In this document: positions 30,837 to 40,517 of the stretch, in pieces
Numbering within the stretch: the stretch's first letter is position 1
How the letters are laid out: every line of letters begins with the position of its first letter
Source: Aquificota bacterium
GTDB lineage: Bacteria; Aquificota; Aquificia; Aquificales; QOAS01
DNA: 64,000 nucleotides
Direction of reading: 5' to 3'
Assembly: GCA_013153315.1 (NCBI GenBank)
Contig: JAADES010000048.1
Span: 812 to 64,811, forward strand
Notes under the pieces: generated by a model
The model's input: only the letters and a program-made list of their open reading frames with translations
Told to the model about the DNA's origin: nothing
Database searches by the model: none
Position numbers and translations under genes: made by a program

Positions 30837-31814
30837 CTATTTTTCATTTTTCTCCATAAATAGGTTTTTAAGTATTTGGGCCACCTTTTGGGGAGAATGT
30901 TTAATGAAATTATCGTCGTCCCCTATAAGGTCTTCGGCAATTACTTTGATATTGTGGCGTGCGAATTTTGCAACGTCGGGAACAACCGGCTCCTGACCCT
31001 CTTTTAAATACCTTTTCAAAAGTCGATAGTAGGGCATTCGGGTATTTACTAGGGCTATATCGGGATAAGGGAGGCTGGTAATTTCTACAAATTTTTGCAC
31101 GTGGTCGAAGGCTGAAAAACCGTCCGTTTCGCCCGGTTGGGTCATAGCATTAACTATGAAAATCTTTTTAGCTTTGGACTGTTTATAGGCTTGCTTAATG
31201 TCCTCTATAAGGAAGTTGGGGATTATGCTGGTGTAAAAACTACCCGGCCCTACAATAATATAGTCGGCCCCCAGTAAGGCTTCCACCGTATCGATAGGAG
31301 CTTTAACCTCTCTCGGTTCCAGCCAAATTTCAACTATTTTTTTACCGCTCTTTTTCGCATATTCGGGAATTTTGTCCTCTCCTTTTATTACTTGTCCGTT
31401 GTCGAACTTTGCGACCAAATGAACGTTTTCTATAGTTGAAGGTAATATTTCACCTGCTGTTTTCAAAATTTGGCAAGAGTATCTAACCGCATCTAAGAAA
31501 TTGCCCGTTATCTGGGTTAAGGCGGTTAGAAATAAATTTCCAAAAGCGTGTCCTTTTAGCTCTCCGTCGGTGAACCGATATTGAAACAACTCTTTAAGAA
31601 GCTCCTCGCTTTCGGCCAACGCGACTATGCAATTCCTTATATCTCCGGGGGCGGGAATATTGTAATCCTTTCTGAGTCTTCCGGTGGAACCGCCCGAATC
31701 GGCAACGGTAACCACCGCATTTAAATCTTTAATAATTCCTTCTTTAACCAGAATTTTCAAAGCCTTCAAAAGGGAGGATAAGCCTGTTCCACCACCGACC
31801 GCTGTAACTTTCAT
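30837..31814 (-). CDS. YvcK/CofD-family protein (UPF0052, gluconeogenesis factor-like)
   Basis: 'KVTAVGGGTGLSSLLKALK', 'VTVADSGGSTGRLR', 'GPGSFYTSIIPN'. The start is more likely the Met at 31814 than 31859. Confidence 0.8.
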   Translation of the reverse strand: MKVTAVGGGTGLSSLLKALKILVKEGIIKDLNAVVTVADSGGSTGRLRKDYNIPAPGDIRNCIVALAESEELLKELFQYRFTDGELKGHAFGNLFLTALTQITGNFLDAVRYSCQILKTAGEILPSTIENVHLVAKFDNGQVIKGEDKIPEYAKKSGKKIVEIWLEPREVKAPIDTVEALLGADYIIVGPGSFYTSIIPNFLIEDIKQAYKQSKAKKIFIVNAMTQPGETDGFSAFDHVQKFVEITSLPYPDIALVNTRMPYYRLLKRYLKEGQEPVVPDVAKFARHNIKVIAEDLIGDDDNFIKHSPQKVAQILKNLFMEKNEK

Positions 31815-31862
31815 AGGAAAAGTATTAACCCCAACAGATATTAAAAATATTTTTTCCAATCG

Positions 31863-32543
31863 ATGGAACTAAAAGAAGCAAAATTCCAACAAAAGGTGGA
31901 AGAAGTTTTAAAAGCTCTCGAAGGGGAAAACTATCTGGTAGAACCCCAAAGGTTGAAAAAATTGGTCGAAATCCTCCTAAGGCGACAAAAGGACTTAGTT
32001 CTATTTTCGGAAAATGTTAAAAATGAACATAACTTTTCCGCCCTTATAAGAACCGCCGACGCCGTAGGGGTGTTGAATATTTATTACACCTACGAAGGTA
32101 ATAAAACAAAAATTTACAACGAGCATATAACCATGGGTTCCCATAAATGGGTTTTCCTTCATAAGGTAAATAATGCGGTGGAAACCTTAAAAAAACTCAA
32201 AGAGAAGGGTTTTCAAATAGTTGCCACACGGTTGGCTGAAAACTCTCTCCATTTTAGGGAAGTGGACTATACCAAACCTACCGTTGTAATAGTTGGTAAC
32301 GAACTGGATGGGGTTAGCGAAGAGGTAGCCCAAGTTGCGGATTTTAATGTGGTAATACCCATGTATGGCATGGCCCAAAGTTTAAATGTTTCGGTAGCCA
32401 CGGCAGTTATACTTTACGAAGCCCAACGCCAAAGGGAAGCTAAAGGAATGTATGAAAAACCCCAACTAACTTTGGAGGAAATTAAAAATATTCTCCGAAA
32501 ATGGGCTTATAAGGATATTATCGAAGACCGCAAAAGGGTTTAA
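31863..32543 (+). CDS. SpoU/TrmH-family RNA 2'-O-methyltransferase
   Basis: 226 aa. SPOUT motifs 'NFSALIRTADAVG', 'VVIVGNELDGVS', 'IPMYGMAQSLNVSVA'. Confidence 0.8.
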   Translation: MELKEAKFQQKVEEVLKALEGENYLVEPQRLKKLVEILLRRQKDLVLFSENVKNEHNFSALIRTADAVGVLNIYYTYEGNKTKIYNEHITMGSHKWVFLHKVNNAVETLKKLKEKGFQIVATRLAENSLHFREVDYTKPTVVIVGNELDGVSEEVAQVADFNVVIPMYGMAQSLNVSVATAVILYEAQRQREAKGMYEKPQLTLEEIKNILRKWAYKDIIEDRKRV

Positions 32544-32587
32544 AACTTCAAACCAAAGAAAGTTTATTTGATAATTAAATAAACACC

Positions 32588-33352
32588 ATGGATATAGCAA
32601 CCCTTATAGGTATAGTTGCGGCTTGGGTTCTCATATTTCTTTCTATAAAAATTTCCGGAGGATTGGGCGGTTTTATAAATATTCCTTCGGTAGTTATCGT
32701 TTTCGGTGGTGTTTTTTCTTCCCTTTTAATAGCCTTCCCTTTGGGGGATTTTATTAAAGGTGTAAAGGCCTTTTTTAAAGCTATCTTTCCTAAAGTTCCC
32801 TCCTTTGAAGAAGAAGTGGCTTACATAGTGAGCATAGCCCAAAAAGCCAGAAGGGAAGGAATACTATCGCTGGAAAACGACCTGCCCGAATACTATTCCC
32901 ACGACCCTATGCTGGGTGACGCTATAAAAATGCTGGTCGACGGTGCCGATGCCGAAACGCTCAAAAAAGTGGTTGAGGCCATGCTGGAAAACGAAGAAAA
33001 GAAATGGCAGTTGGAAATCCAATTTTGGGAAATGTTTGCAAACTTTGCCCCCGCCTACGGAATGATAGGTACGCTAATTGGTCTCATTCAAATGTTGAAA
33101 AATTTAAATGAACCTTCCAAACTCGGCCCCGCTATGGCGGTAGCTTTGGTGACTACCCTCTACGGTGCAGTGTTGGCCAACGTTTTCGGGGTTCCCATAG
33201 CAAATAAGTTGAGGATTTACGCCGATAAAATCCTGCTTGTTAAACAACTTTACGCCGAAGGTATAGTTATGATTGTTGAAGGAGAAAACCCCAGGGTTAT
33301 AGCCCAAAAATTGGCATTGCTGGCGGGTATAGAAAGCGAAGAGGTCGTTTAA
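32588..33352 (+). CDS. motA: flagellar motor stator protein MotA/PomA
   Basis: 254 aa with 4 TM helices. C-terminal channel region 'PAYGMIGTLIGLIQML ... LGPAMAVALVTTLYGAVLAN'. Followed directly by motB genes. Confidence 0.85.
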   Translation: MDIATLIGIVAAWVLIFLSIKISGGLGGFINIPSVVIVFGGVFSSLLIAFPLGDFIKGVKAFFKAIFPKVPSFEEEVAYIVSIAQKARREGILSLENDLPEYYSHDPMLGDAIKMLVDGADAETLKKVVEAMLENEEKKWQLEIQFWEMFANFAPAYGMIGTLIGLIQMLKNLNEPSKLGPAMAVALVTTLYGAVLANVFGVPIANKLRIYADKILLVKQLYAEGIVMIVEGENPRVIAQKLALLAGIESEEVV

Positions 33353-33436
33353 GCCTCTATCTTCAATTTCTTTAAACGGAACAAGTATCTTTTTAGCTCC
33401 CCATTAATCTTTAATCTTTTTTTTAGAGGTTTTTAA

Positions 33437-34153
33437 ATGGAGAAGAAAAAGAAAAATAGACGCTGTCCCCCCTATCCTCTGTGGATGCTTACCTACTCCG
33501 ACCTGGTTACTTTGCTATTAACTTTTTTCGTTTTTCTCTTCTCTATGAGCACCATTTCTCCCGAAAAATTTGCCCAGTTTATAAGAACACTTCAAATTTT
33601 TTGGGGAATTCAACCTTACAAGGTAGAAAAACCCACGGGATTGGAAAATCCACCAATCGAACCGTTATTTAAACTGTATCCTCGATTAGAAAGATGGTCG
33701 GCTGCAGAAATAGCGGCTTCAAAGGCCGTCGAGGTTTTAGAAAAAGGAGGAATTAAAGTAGATTTTCTTGTAAAGGAAAAAGAATTCGTAATCCGTATCC
33801 CTGCCGACAACCTTTTTGGAGAGGGCCAATATATACCTAATCCCAAATATTTACCCTTATTGAAGGAAGTTTGTAAAATTTTGAAAGCACGGAATTTGGA
33901 TTTACGAATAGAGGGACATACCGACAATAGGCCTATTTATAAGTATCCCCTTATAGTGGACAATTGGGATTTATCCCTACTAAGGGCTATCACAATAGTT
34001 CAATATTTCCTTAGGTGGGGTTATCCTAAAAATAAACTTTCGGCGGCAGGCTATGCAGACACCCACCCAATAGCATCCAATAAAACACCTCAGGGAAGGG
34101 CCAAAAATCGCAGAATAGAAATTGTTATAAAGGTAGGAAAAGAAGCTTATTGA
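33437..34153 (+). CDS. motB: flagellar motor stator protein MotB (paralog 1)
   Basis: 238 aa. 'WMLTYSDLVTLLLTFF' (conserved channel Asp) and an OmpA-like C-terminus 'IEGHTDNRPI ... NRRIEIVI'. Confidence 0.85.
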   Translation: MEKKKKNRRCPPYPLWMLTYSDLVTLLLTFFVFLFSMSTISPEKFAQFIRTLQIFWGIQPYKVEKPTGLENPPIEPLFKLYPRLERWSAAEIAASKAVEVLEKGGIKVDFLVKEKEFVIRIPADNLFGEGQYIPNPKYLPLLKEVCKILKARNLDLRIEGHTDNRPIYKYPLIVDNWDLSLLRAITIVQYFLRWGYPKNKLSAAGYADTHPIASNKTPQGRAKNRRIEIVIKVGKEAY

Positions 34154-34162
34154 GGTTTGAAC

Positions 34163-34972
34163 ATGAACAGAAAAAGTAAACAAGAGGAGTGTAAGAAACC
34201 GCCCATATGGCTAACCACTTACGGCGACCTTATGACCCTTTTATTAACTTTTTTTGTTTTTCTTTTTTCTTTGTCGGTTATTAATGTGACAACCTTTTCC
34301 CGTTTTATTTCCTTTTTCTATTTTGGAAAGGCCCCCCTGCCGCCGGTTTCGATAGTTCCGCCCTTCGTTCCGCAAAGATACACAATTTTGGCTTATAAGG
34401 CGGAGGTTCTATTAAGAAAAATTTACCCTTACAACGTTTTTAAAGTGATTATTTCAAAAAATAACGTAACAATTAGATTTCCCATAGATATTAGCTTCGA
34501 CGAAGGGGATTTTAAATTAAAACCCCGCTTTAAGGAAGCTTTAATAAAGTTAATACCGCTGTTTAAGGAAATAAAAGCTCCTTACCGTTTGGTTGTTGTA
34601 GGTTATACTTACCCACACGAGGAACCTAAATATAAATGGCTCCACTGTAAGGAAAAAATAACCACCGAATGCGACCAATGGCTTTTGTCGGCTAAAAGAG
34701 CTACCGAGGTAGTTAGATTTTTGATAGCCCACGGAATGGATAGAAATAAATTAGTTGCCCAAGCTATGGACAGTTTAAATCCCCTCTACACAGGCAAAAA
34801 TAAAAAATTGTTAAGAAAAAATGCCCGTGTAGAACTGCAAATTAGATTTTCTACCGAGGAGTATGTAAAAGGGGTTCCCCCTCAAAAACCTCTAAAACAG
34901 ATAGTGCCTATTCCCGAACTGCAAAATCTCTTAAATTCCACAGAAGGTTCTATAAAAAACCAATCTAAATAA
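34163..34972 (+). CDS. MotB-like stator protein (paralog 2, divergent OmpA-like domain)
   Basis: 'WLTTYGDLMTLLLTFFVF' retains the channel Asp. The C-terminal peptidoglycan-binding domain is degenerate ('VVVGYTYPHEE ... NARVELQI'). The start is 10 bp after the motB stop. Confidence 0.7.
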   Translation: MNRKSKQEECKKPPIWLTTYGDLMTLLLTFFVFLFSLSVINVTTFSRFISFFYFGKAPLPPVSIVPPFVPQRYTILAYKAEVLLRKIYPYNVFKVIISKNNVTIRFPIDISFDEGDFKLKPRFKEALIKLIPLFKEIKAPYRLVVVGYTYPHEEPKYKWLHCKEKITTECDQWLLSAKRATEVVRFLIAHGMDRNKLVAQAMDSLNPLYTGKNKKLLRKNARVELQIRFSTEEYVKGVPPQKPLKQIVPIPELQNLLNSTEGSIKNQSK

Positions 34973-34984
34973 GGAATATGTAAT

Positions 34985-35347
34985 TTAATCTTCCTGCTGT
35001 TCTAATATTTTCTTGCACTCTATGCAGTAAATTGCCACAGGGCGGGCCTTTAACCTTTCAAAGCTAATGGGCTTTCCGCAGTTTTCACAAATTCCGTAAG
35101 TTCCGGCCTCAATTTTTTTTAGAGCATATTCCACCTTTTTAAGGTAAAGAGTCTCCCTTTCTCTTAAACGGAATTGGTTAAACCTTTCCATCTCCCAATC
35201 GGCATGGTCTATTTCATCTCCGACCTCGGTGGAAACTTTGGAACTTTCACTTTCGTGGAAAGTTTTTAACCTTTGGAGAACTTCTCTTTTCCGTTGGAGT
35301 AGAAGATTTTTTAAAAACTCTAATTGTTCCTTTGAAAGGTGTTCCAT
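34985..35347 (-). CDS. DksA/TraR-family C4 zinc-finger protein
   Basis: 120 aa. Coiled coil followed by 'CENCGKPISFERLKARPVAIYCIECK'. Confidence 0.75.
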   Translation of the reverse strand: MEHLSKEQLEFLKNLLLQRKREVLQRLKTFHESESSKVSTEVGDEIDHADWEMERFNQFRLRERETLYLKKVEYALKKIEAGTYGICENCGKPISFERLKARPVAIYCIECKKILEQQED

Positions 35348-35404
35348 AAAAAGGATTTTATAAGAAAAATCGGGTTTGTAAAAAGGAAAACCCCAAGGGG
35401 GAAA

Positions 35405-37066
35405 TTACTTTTTGCCACCCAATTTGGCTTTTAGAATATCGGCGAGAGTAAATCCGCCTGATGTTTCGGCCGCTTGGGTGGAAACAAATTCTTGGAATAG
35501 CTGCTTTTCTTCTTCTTGTTCTTTCTGTTTCATGGAAACAACAACCCTTTGTTTTTCGGGGTCTATGGTTACTATTCTTACTTCTACTTCCTCGCCGGGT
35601 TTTAGTCTTCTTGTAGCTTCACGTTTGGGCATAAAGGCCTCTACACCGTTGGGGAATCTTAATATATATCCGCCTTTGGTTACACCTTCCACGGGTAGTT
35701 TTACTGTTGCTTCCTCTCCGTATTGTTCTTTTAGCTCTTCATAAGGATTGGGTTGGAGTTGCTTTAGGCCCAACCTTATTTGGTCTCTGCTTAGTCCGAG
35801 AACCATAAATTCGCGTTCTTCGCCTACTTTAACCACATCTTCTATGTTCTTAACGGGTAGCCAGCTAAGGTTTCCTTTGGTTACAAATCCTACTACTCCG
35901 GGAGCCAATTCTACTATTACGCGGTTGCCTTCAATGCCCACCACTTTACCTTTAACCACGCTGCCGGCACCGTGTTGGTCGTAGAAGGCTTCCCAAGGTC
36001 TGGGTTGGGCTCTTTTGATGGAGGCTCCAATTCTTTGTTTTTCTTTGTCGATTCTTGTAATAACCACATCAACTTTTTGGCCTTTTTCCAATAGTTCTTT
36101 GGGATGTTCGGGAATTATATTCCAAGCTATCTCGGTTTTTGGAACGTAAGCTTCTACACCCTCTTCAAGTTCTACAAAAGCACCTTTATCTATTAGACCA
36201 ACAACACGGGCGGGATATTTTTCGCCCACTTTGTATTTTTCTTCAATATTTTCCCAAGGATTAGGTTTAAGCTGTTTCAAGCTGAGGTATAGGAATGCGT
36301 CATCTTTGCTCCAACCGAGAACTTTGGCACGGAGTCTTTCGCCCACTTCGGCGTAATCGAAGGGGTTTCTGTTTCTTCCCCAGGAAAGCTCATTTAAAGG
36401 TATGAATCCGCGTAATGCTTTTTTTACCAATAGAGTTATTCCTTTGTTGGGGTCTATTTTGATTACCCTTCCTTCTACAACATCGCCTTCTTTAATCTGT
36501 TTTTTGTATTTCTCTATAAGGCGTTTTCTTTCAAGTTCTTCGAGTTTTTTCTGGGATACGGTAATTCTTAGCTGTTTACCCCTTTGGCGGAAATCTGTAA
36601 CTATTACTTTTACAGTATCGCCCTCTTTTAGCTGTTTCAACGCTTCTGCGGCGGGTAGAAGGGCCCTTATTCCGTTTATATTTACCAAGTAGCCGACCAC
36701 TTTACCGTCTTTTTCAACCAATCTTTCAACTGTTGCTTCGAAGGGCTTGAGTTTTCCTTTTGCCTGTCTTATTTCTTCTATTGCCTTTTTAATTTTTAGG
36801 GGTTTTAGGGATAGTCTGGGGTGCTGTAGGCGGTTGGTTATTTTTACCAAAACAGCTTCTATTTCGTCACCGACATTTACTTCCTTACCTTCGGCTTCTA
36901 GCTCTTCTTTGGGGAGAATGGCCTCTATTTTGTAGCCAATGTCCACATAAACGTTGTTGTCATCGGTGGCTACAACAGTTCCTTTAACTACCTGACCTCT
37001 TTGAAATTGTTGTTCTTCTTCTTTTTTGAGATACTCTTCTAAGAGCTTTTCAAATTCGTTGGTCAT
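35405..37066 (-). CDS. rpsA: 30S ribosomal protein S1 (six S1 repeats)
   Basis: 553 aa of repeated S1/OB motifs ('G.VV.G.V ... GAFVEL..GVEAYVP'). Confidence 0.9.
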   Translation of the reverse strand: MTNEFEKLLEEYLKKEEEQQFQRGQVVKGTVVATDDNNVYVDIGYKIEAILPKEELEAEGKEVNVGDEIEAVLVKITNRLQHPRLSLKPLKIKKAIEEIRQAKGKLKPFEATVERLVEKDGKVVGYLVNINGIRALLPAAEALKQLKEGDTVKVIVTDFRQRGKQLRITVSQKKLEELERKRLIEKYKKQIKEGDVVEGRVIKIDPNKGITLLVKKALRGFIPLNELSWGRNRNPFDYAEVGERLRAKVLGWSKDDAFLYLSLKQLKPNPWENIEEKYKVGEKYPARVVGLIDKGAFVELEEGVEAYVPKTEIAWNIIPEHPKELLEKGQKVDVVITRIDKEKQRIGASIKRAQPRPWEAFYDQHGAGSVVKGKVVGIEGNRVIVELAPGVVGFVTKGNLSWLPVKNIEDVVKVGEEREFMVLGLSRDQIRLGLKQLQPNPYEELKEQYGEEATVKLPVEGVTKGGYILRFPNGVEAFMPKREATRRLKPGEEVEVRIVTIDPEKQRVVVSMKQKEQEEEKQLFQEFVSTQAAETSGGFTLADILKAKLGGKK

Positions 37067-37205
37067 TATTTCCCCCTTGGTAAAGAGATTTTTTGAGAAT
37101 TACTAACATGGATGTTTTTAAACACTGGTGAGGTTATTTTATCAAATAAAATTGACTTCGTCAAGCATTCTTTATAAAGAAAGGCCTTAATATTTATAGA
37201 CTGCC

Positions 37206-38363
37206 ATGGTTTTCGGATTTTTTAGACGAAAGAAGACCCAAAAACCTCTTTCGGTGGGTGATTTAAGAAAGCTCCTAAAAGAGGGTAAATATAAGGATGT
37301 AATAAACTCCCTTAAGGAGCGTTATAAGGAAAACCAAGAGTTGACACAAATTTATTTTGAGGCCCTTGTAAAGGCTAACCATATTGAAGAGGCGAAAAAA
37401 CTTTTAAAGGAAGTTGGTAAGGAAAACTTACCTCCCTCGGCAGTTGCTTTGTTGATGGAAGAACCTAAAAAGGAAAGTCTTTTAGAAAAATTCAAAAGAG
37501 GTTTAAAGAAAACCCGTCAACTATTGAAGTTAGATAGCTTTTTCAAACAACACAAAGAGGTAGATGAAGAATTTTACGAGCAATTGGAGGAGCTTTTAAT
37601 AAAACTCGATGTAGGGGTCGATACGGCGGTTAACCTGGTAGAGGAAATAAGAGAAAAGAAATTTACCAATGTGGAGGAAGTTAAAGATTTCCTCAAAAAG
37701 CGCTTTAAGGAAATTCTCAAAAACTGCAAAGGGGAATTTCAACTGCAGGGAATTCCTGCGGTGGTTATGTTTGTGGGTGTTAATGGAAGCGGAAAAACAA
37801 CCTCTATCGGAAAATTGGCCTACAAGCTAAAGAAAGGCGGGAAAAAGGTTCTTATAGTGGCCGCCGACACCTTCAGGGCGGCAGCAACCGAACAGCTTAA
37901 AACTTGGGCCGATAGGGCCGGTGTGGACTTTGTTGGAGATAGGGAGGGGGCAGACCCGGGTGCGGTTCTTTACAAAGGTTTGCAAAAGGCTTTTAGCGAA
38001 AATTATGACGTCGTGCTGGTGGATACAGCCGGCCGCCTCCACACAAAGGAGCACCTCCTAAGGGAGATGCAAAAACTGGTTAAGGTGGTGAAAAAGTTTG
38101 ACCAAAGCCAACCTTCGGAGGTTCTTTTAGTTCTGGACGCAACTATAGGCCAAAACTCCTTAAACCAGGCGAAAATGTTTGCTTCGGCGGTAGATGTAAG
38201 CGGGATTGTTTTAACAAAGTTGGACGGCACCGCCAAAGGGGGGGCTATAATTCCAATCTGCAAAAATCTAAAAATTCCTGTTAAATTTGTGGGTGTGGGC
38301 GAAGGAATAGAGGATTTAGAACCCTTCGACCCCGAAAAATTTGTCGAAGCTATGTTCGAGTAA
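37206..38363 (+). CDS. ftsY: signal recognition particle receptor FtsY
   Basis: 385 aa. SRP-GTPase NG domain: 'VGVNGSGKTTSIGKLA', 'DTFRAAATEQL', 'DTAGRLH', 'LTKLDGTAKGG'. Confidence 0.9.
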   Translation: MVFGFFRRKKTQKPLSVGDLRKLLKEGKYKDVINSLKERYKENQELTQIYFEALVKANHIEEAKKLLKEVGKENLPPSAVALLMEEPKKESLLEKFKRGLKKTRQLLKLDSFFKQHKEVDEEFYEQLEELLIKLDVGVDTAVNLVEEIREKKFTNVEEVKDFLKKRFKEILKNCKGEFQLQGIPAVVMFVGVNGSGKTTSIGKLAYKLKKGGKKVLIVAADTFRAAATEQLKTWADRAGVDFVGDREGADPGAVLYKGLQKAFSENYDVVLVDTAGRLHTKEHLLREMQKLVKVVKKFDQSQPSEVLLVLDATIGQNSLNQAKMFASAVDVSGIVLTKLDGTAKGGAIIPICKNLKIPVKFVGVGEGIEDLEPFDPEKFVEAMFE

Positions 38364-38374
38364 AAAACTTTTTC

Positions 38375-39199
38375 TTACCTACGGAAGAAACTGGCAATTT
38401 TACTCCAAAAGCCTTTTTTCTCTTCAACCTGTTTGTAGCGATTTTTTAACATATTTTTTAGTATTTCATCTACGTATTTATTGATTTCATCGGGAATATC
38501 GCCCTGAGATAGACGCGGATTAAAAGGTATATGCCCCAAGCCTTCGATTTCTATATTTTTATGGAAGGATTTAACCGATTTCCTCAAAACATTTATGGTC
38601 TTTTTGTAGTCCAAATCGGTTCTTGTTTGGTTTACGATTGCATAAAAGTAGGTTTTCCTAAAGTTTTGGAAAACGGTTTTAACAAAAGCGTAGGCATCTA
38701 TTATCGACATTATGTCGGGTGTAACTACTAACACGGGATAATGGACGGTTGCAAAAATTAGTTGGTTTATTTTGTGAATTCCCGCCCCCAGGTCTATGAG
38801 GAAGTAGTTGTAATTGTTAACAATGTATTCCTCCAACTTGGTTAGAAGTTCCATCGCCTGTTTGTTGTCCAGAGAAACCAAATAGTCGTCTCCGCTTTTG
38901 GGACTCATTAAATATAGGTTATGGTCAATTTGGGTAACAATATCGTCCAACGTAGCCCTTCCTTCGAAGTATTCTTCCAAATATCTTTTAGGTTTAACGC
39001 CGCTGAGTATATAGAAGTCGGGAAGCCCCATATCGGCGTCCAAAACTAAAACCTTTCCTAATTTGCTAAGGCGCTTTGCTAAGAGATAAGTTACCATAGT
39101 TTTGCCGACGCCGCCCTTACCACCGCCTACGGCTATGTAGGGAACCGTATTTACACCTATGTTTTGCTCAAAAATGGCTAATTGTTTTTCTTTCTCCAT
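38375..39199 (-). CDS. flhG: MinD/ParA-type ATPase, flagellar number regulator FlhG (YlxH/FleN)
   Basis: 274 aa. Deviant Walker A 'GGGKGGVGKTM'. Sits immediately downstream of flhF on the same strand. Confidence 0.7.
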   Translation of the reverse strand: MEKEKQLAIFEQNIGVNTVPYIAVGGGKGGVGKTMVTYLLAKRLSKLGKVLVLDADMGLPDFYILSGVKPKRYLEEYFEGRATLDDIVTQIDHNLYLMSPKSGDDYLVSLDNKQAMELLTKLEEYIVNNYNYFLIDLGAGIHKINQLIFATVHYPVLVVTPDIMSIIDAYAFVKTVFQNFRKTYFYAIVNQTRTDLDYKKTINVLRKSVKSFHKNIEIEGLGHIPFNPRLSQGDIPDEINKYVDEILKNMLKNRYKQVEEKKGFWSKIASFFRR

Positions 39200-39222
39200 T
39201 GCGCCTCTTACTATAAATTAAC

Positions 39223-40431
39223 TTATTCAAGTATAACTTTTGCAAGGTTGATAGGGCTTCCTACAAGTAGGTTGTGGGGAACCTTTTGGCCATTGGTAAT
39301 ATAAAAAAGCGGCATTTGCGTTTTGGCCAAAACATTCAGAATTACTCCCCTTTTACGGGTTTCATCGGCCTTTGTGAAAACCCAACCGTCCAGTTTGTAG
39401 CGTTTTAAATGGTTATAAATTTCTAAAATCGTATCTTCGCTCATTGTGAAGCTAACGGTAAGGAGGATTTTTAATTTCTCCTCTTCGAGGGAGGAAAAAA
39501 TATTGAAAACCTCCTTCCAAGAAAGCTCATCATAGATGCTTCGGCCGGCTATATCGACAAAAATAAAGTCTTTGTCGGAAAAATCTTCCAAAGCTACATC
39601 GAAAGCTTTTTTTGTATCCGCTTTGCGAAAGGGAATTTCCAACACCTTCAAATAGTTTTCCAATCTTTGGGTTCCACCAACCCTAAAAGTATCCAAGGAA
39701 ATAACACCCACCTTTTTGTTGTGATTTAAAACCAAATTGGACACTATTTTGGCTATCGTTGTAGTTTTTCCCACACCGGTTGGGCCTATTAGGGAAACTA
39801 TTGTTTGTTCCTCCGAATTTTCCAACCTTCCGAAGGTAAATAATTCTTCAAAGGCCGTGGCAAGGGCGTTTAATGGTTGGTCCTTTAGGTCGAAAATTTT
39901 GTTTTCAATATCGAAACCGGTGGCGTGCTTTAAGATTTCTACTATAAGTTTTTCATCGACACCTTTTTCCAGTAAAAGGTCGAATAAATTTAAAGCCTCA
40001 TCCCCCAATTGGTTTAAGAATTTTTCATCTTCTTTATCCAGTTTTGGTTTTCCTTTATCCCAAGTAAGGTTAATTTTTTTCACTTTCTGCTTTGAAAGGG
40101 CTTCCTTTAAAGTAGCCAATTCCTTTTTAAGTTCTTCCAAGCTTTTTAGTAGGAGTTCCTTTTCAAGGGCTTCCTTAAAAGAACTTTCCCCTAAGGGTGT
40201 GGCTTTTTGAGAGCTTTCTTTAATAGGTTTTCTTTGTTTTTGTATAGGTTCCTCGTCGGGTATTTCTATTATCACCTCGGTGTATTCCTTTGCCAGAAAG
40301 GGTAAAAAAGGAAGACTTTTTTCCTTAACGCGGTTGATTTCTATTACCACGAAGTTATTTCCGTAAATCCGTCTAAGCTCCTCGTGGATTTCAACGATAT
40401 CCTTAGCGGGGAAAATTCGTCGGATTATCAT
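39223..40431 (-). CDS. flhF: flagellar biosynthesis SRP-type GTPase FlhF
   Basis: 402 aa. '[15 protein letters not shown]', 'DTFRVGGTQRL', 'DIAGRS', 'FTKADET'. Confidence 0.8.
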   Translation of the reverse strand: MIIRRIFPAKDIVEIHEELRRIYGNNFVVIEINRVKEKSLPFLPFLAKEYTEVIIEIPDEEPIQKQRKPIKESSQKATPLGESSFKEALEKELLLKSLEELKKELATLKEALSKQKVKKINLTWDKGKPKLDKEDEKFLNQLGDEALNLFDLLLEKGVDEKLIVEILKHATGFDIENKIFDLKDQPLNALATAFEELFTFGRLENSEEQTIVSLIGPTGVGKTTTIAKIVSNLVLNHNKKVGVISLDTFRVGGTQRLENYLKVLEIPFRKADTKKAFDVALEDFSDKDFIFVDIAGRSIYDELSWKEVFNIFSSLEEEKLKILLTVSFTMSEDTILEIYNHLKRYKLDGWVFTKADETRKRGVILNVLAKTQMPLFYITNGQKVPHNLLVGSPINLAKVILE

Positions 40432-40517
40432 ACTTAAAGATTGTCCTTATATTGGAACGTCTTAGGTTGTTAAGACCTTCCTTAGGAAGAAATAAATAAA
40501 AACCGAAAAGAGAAAGT

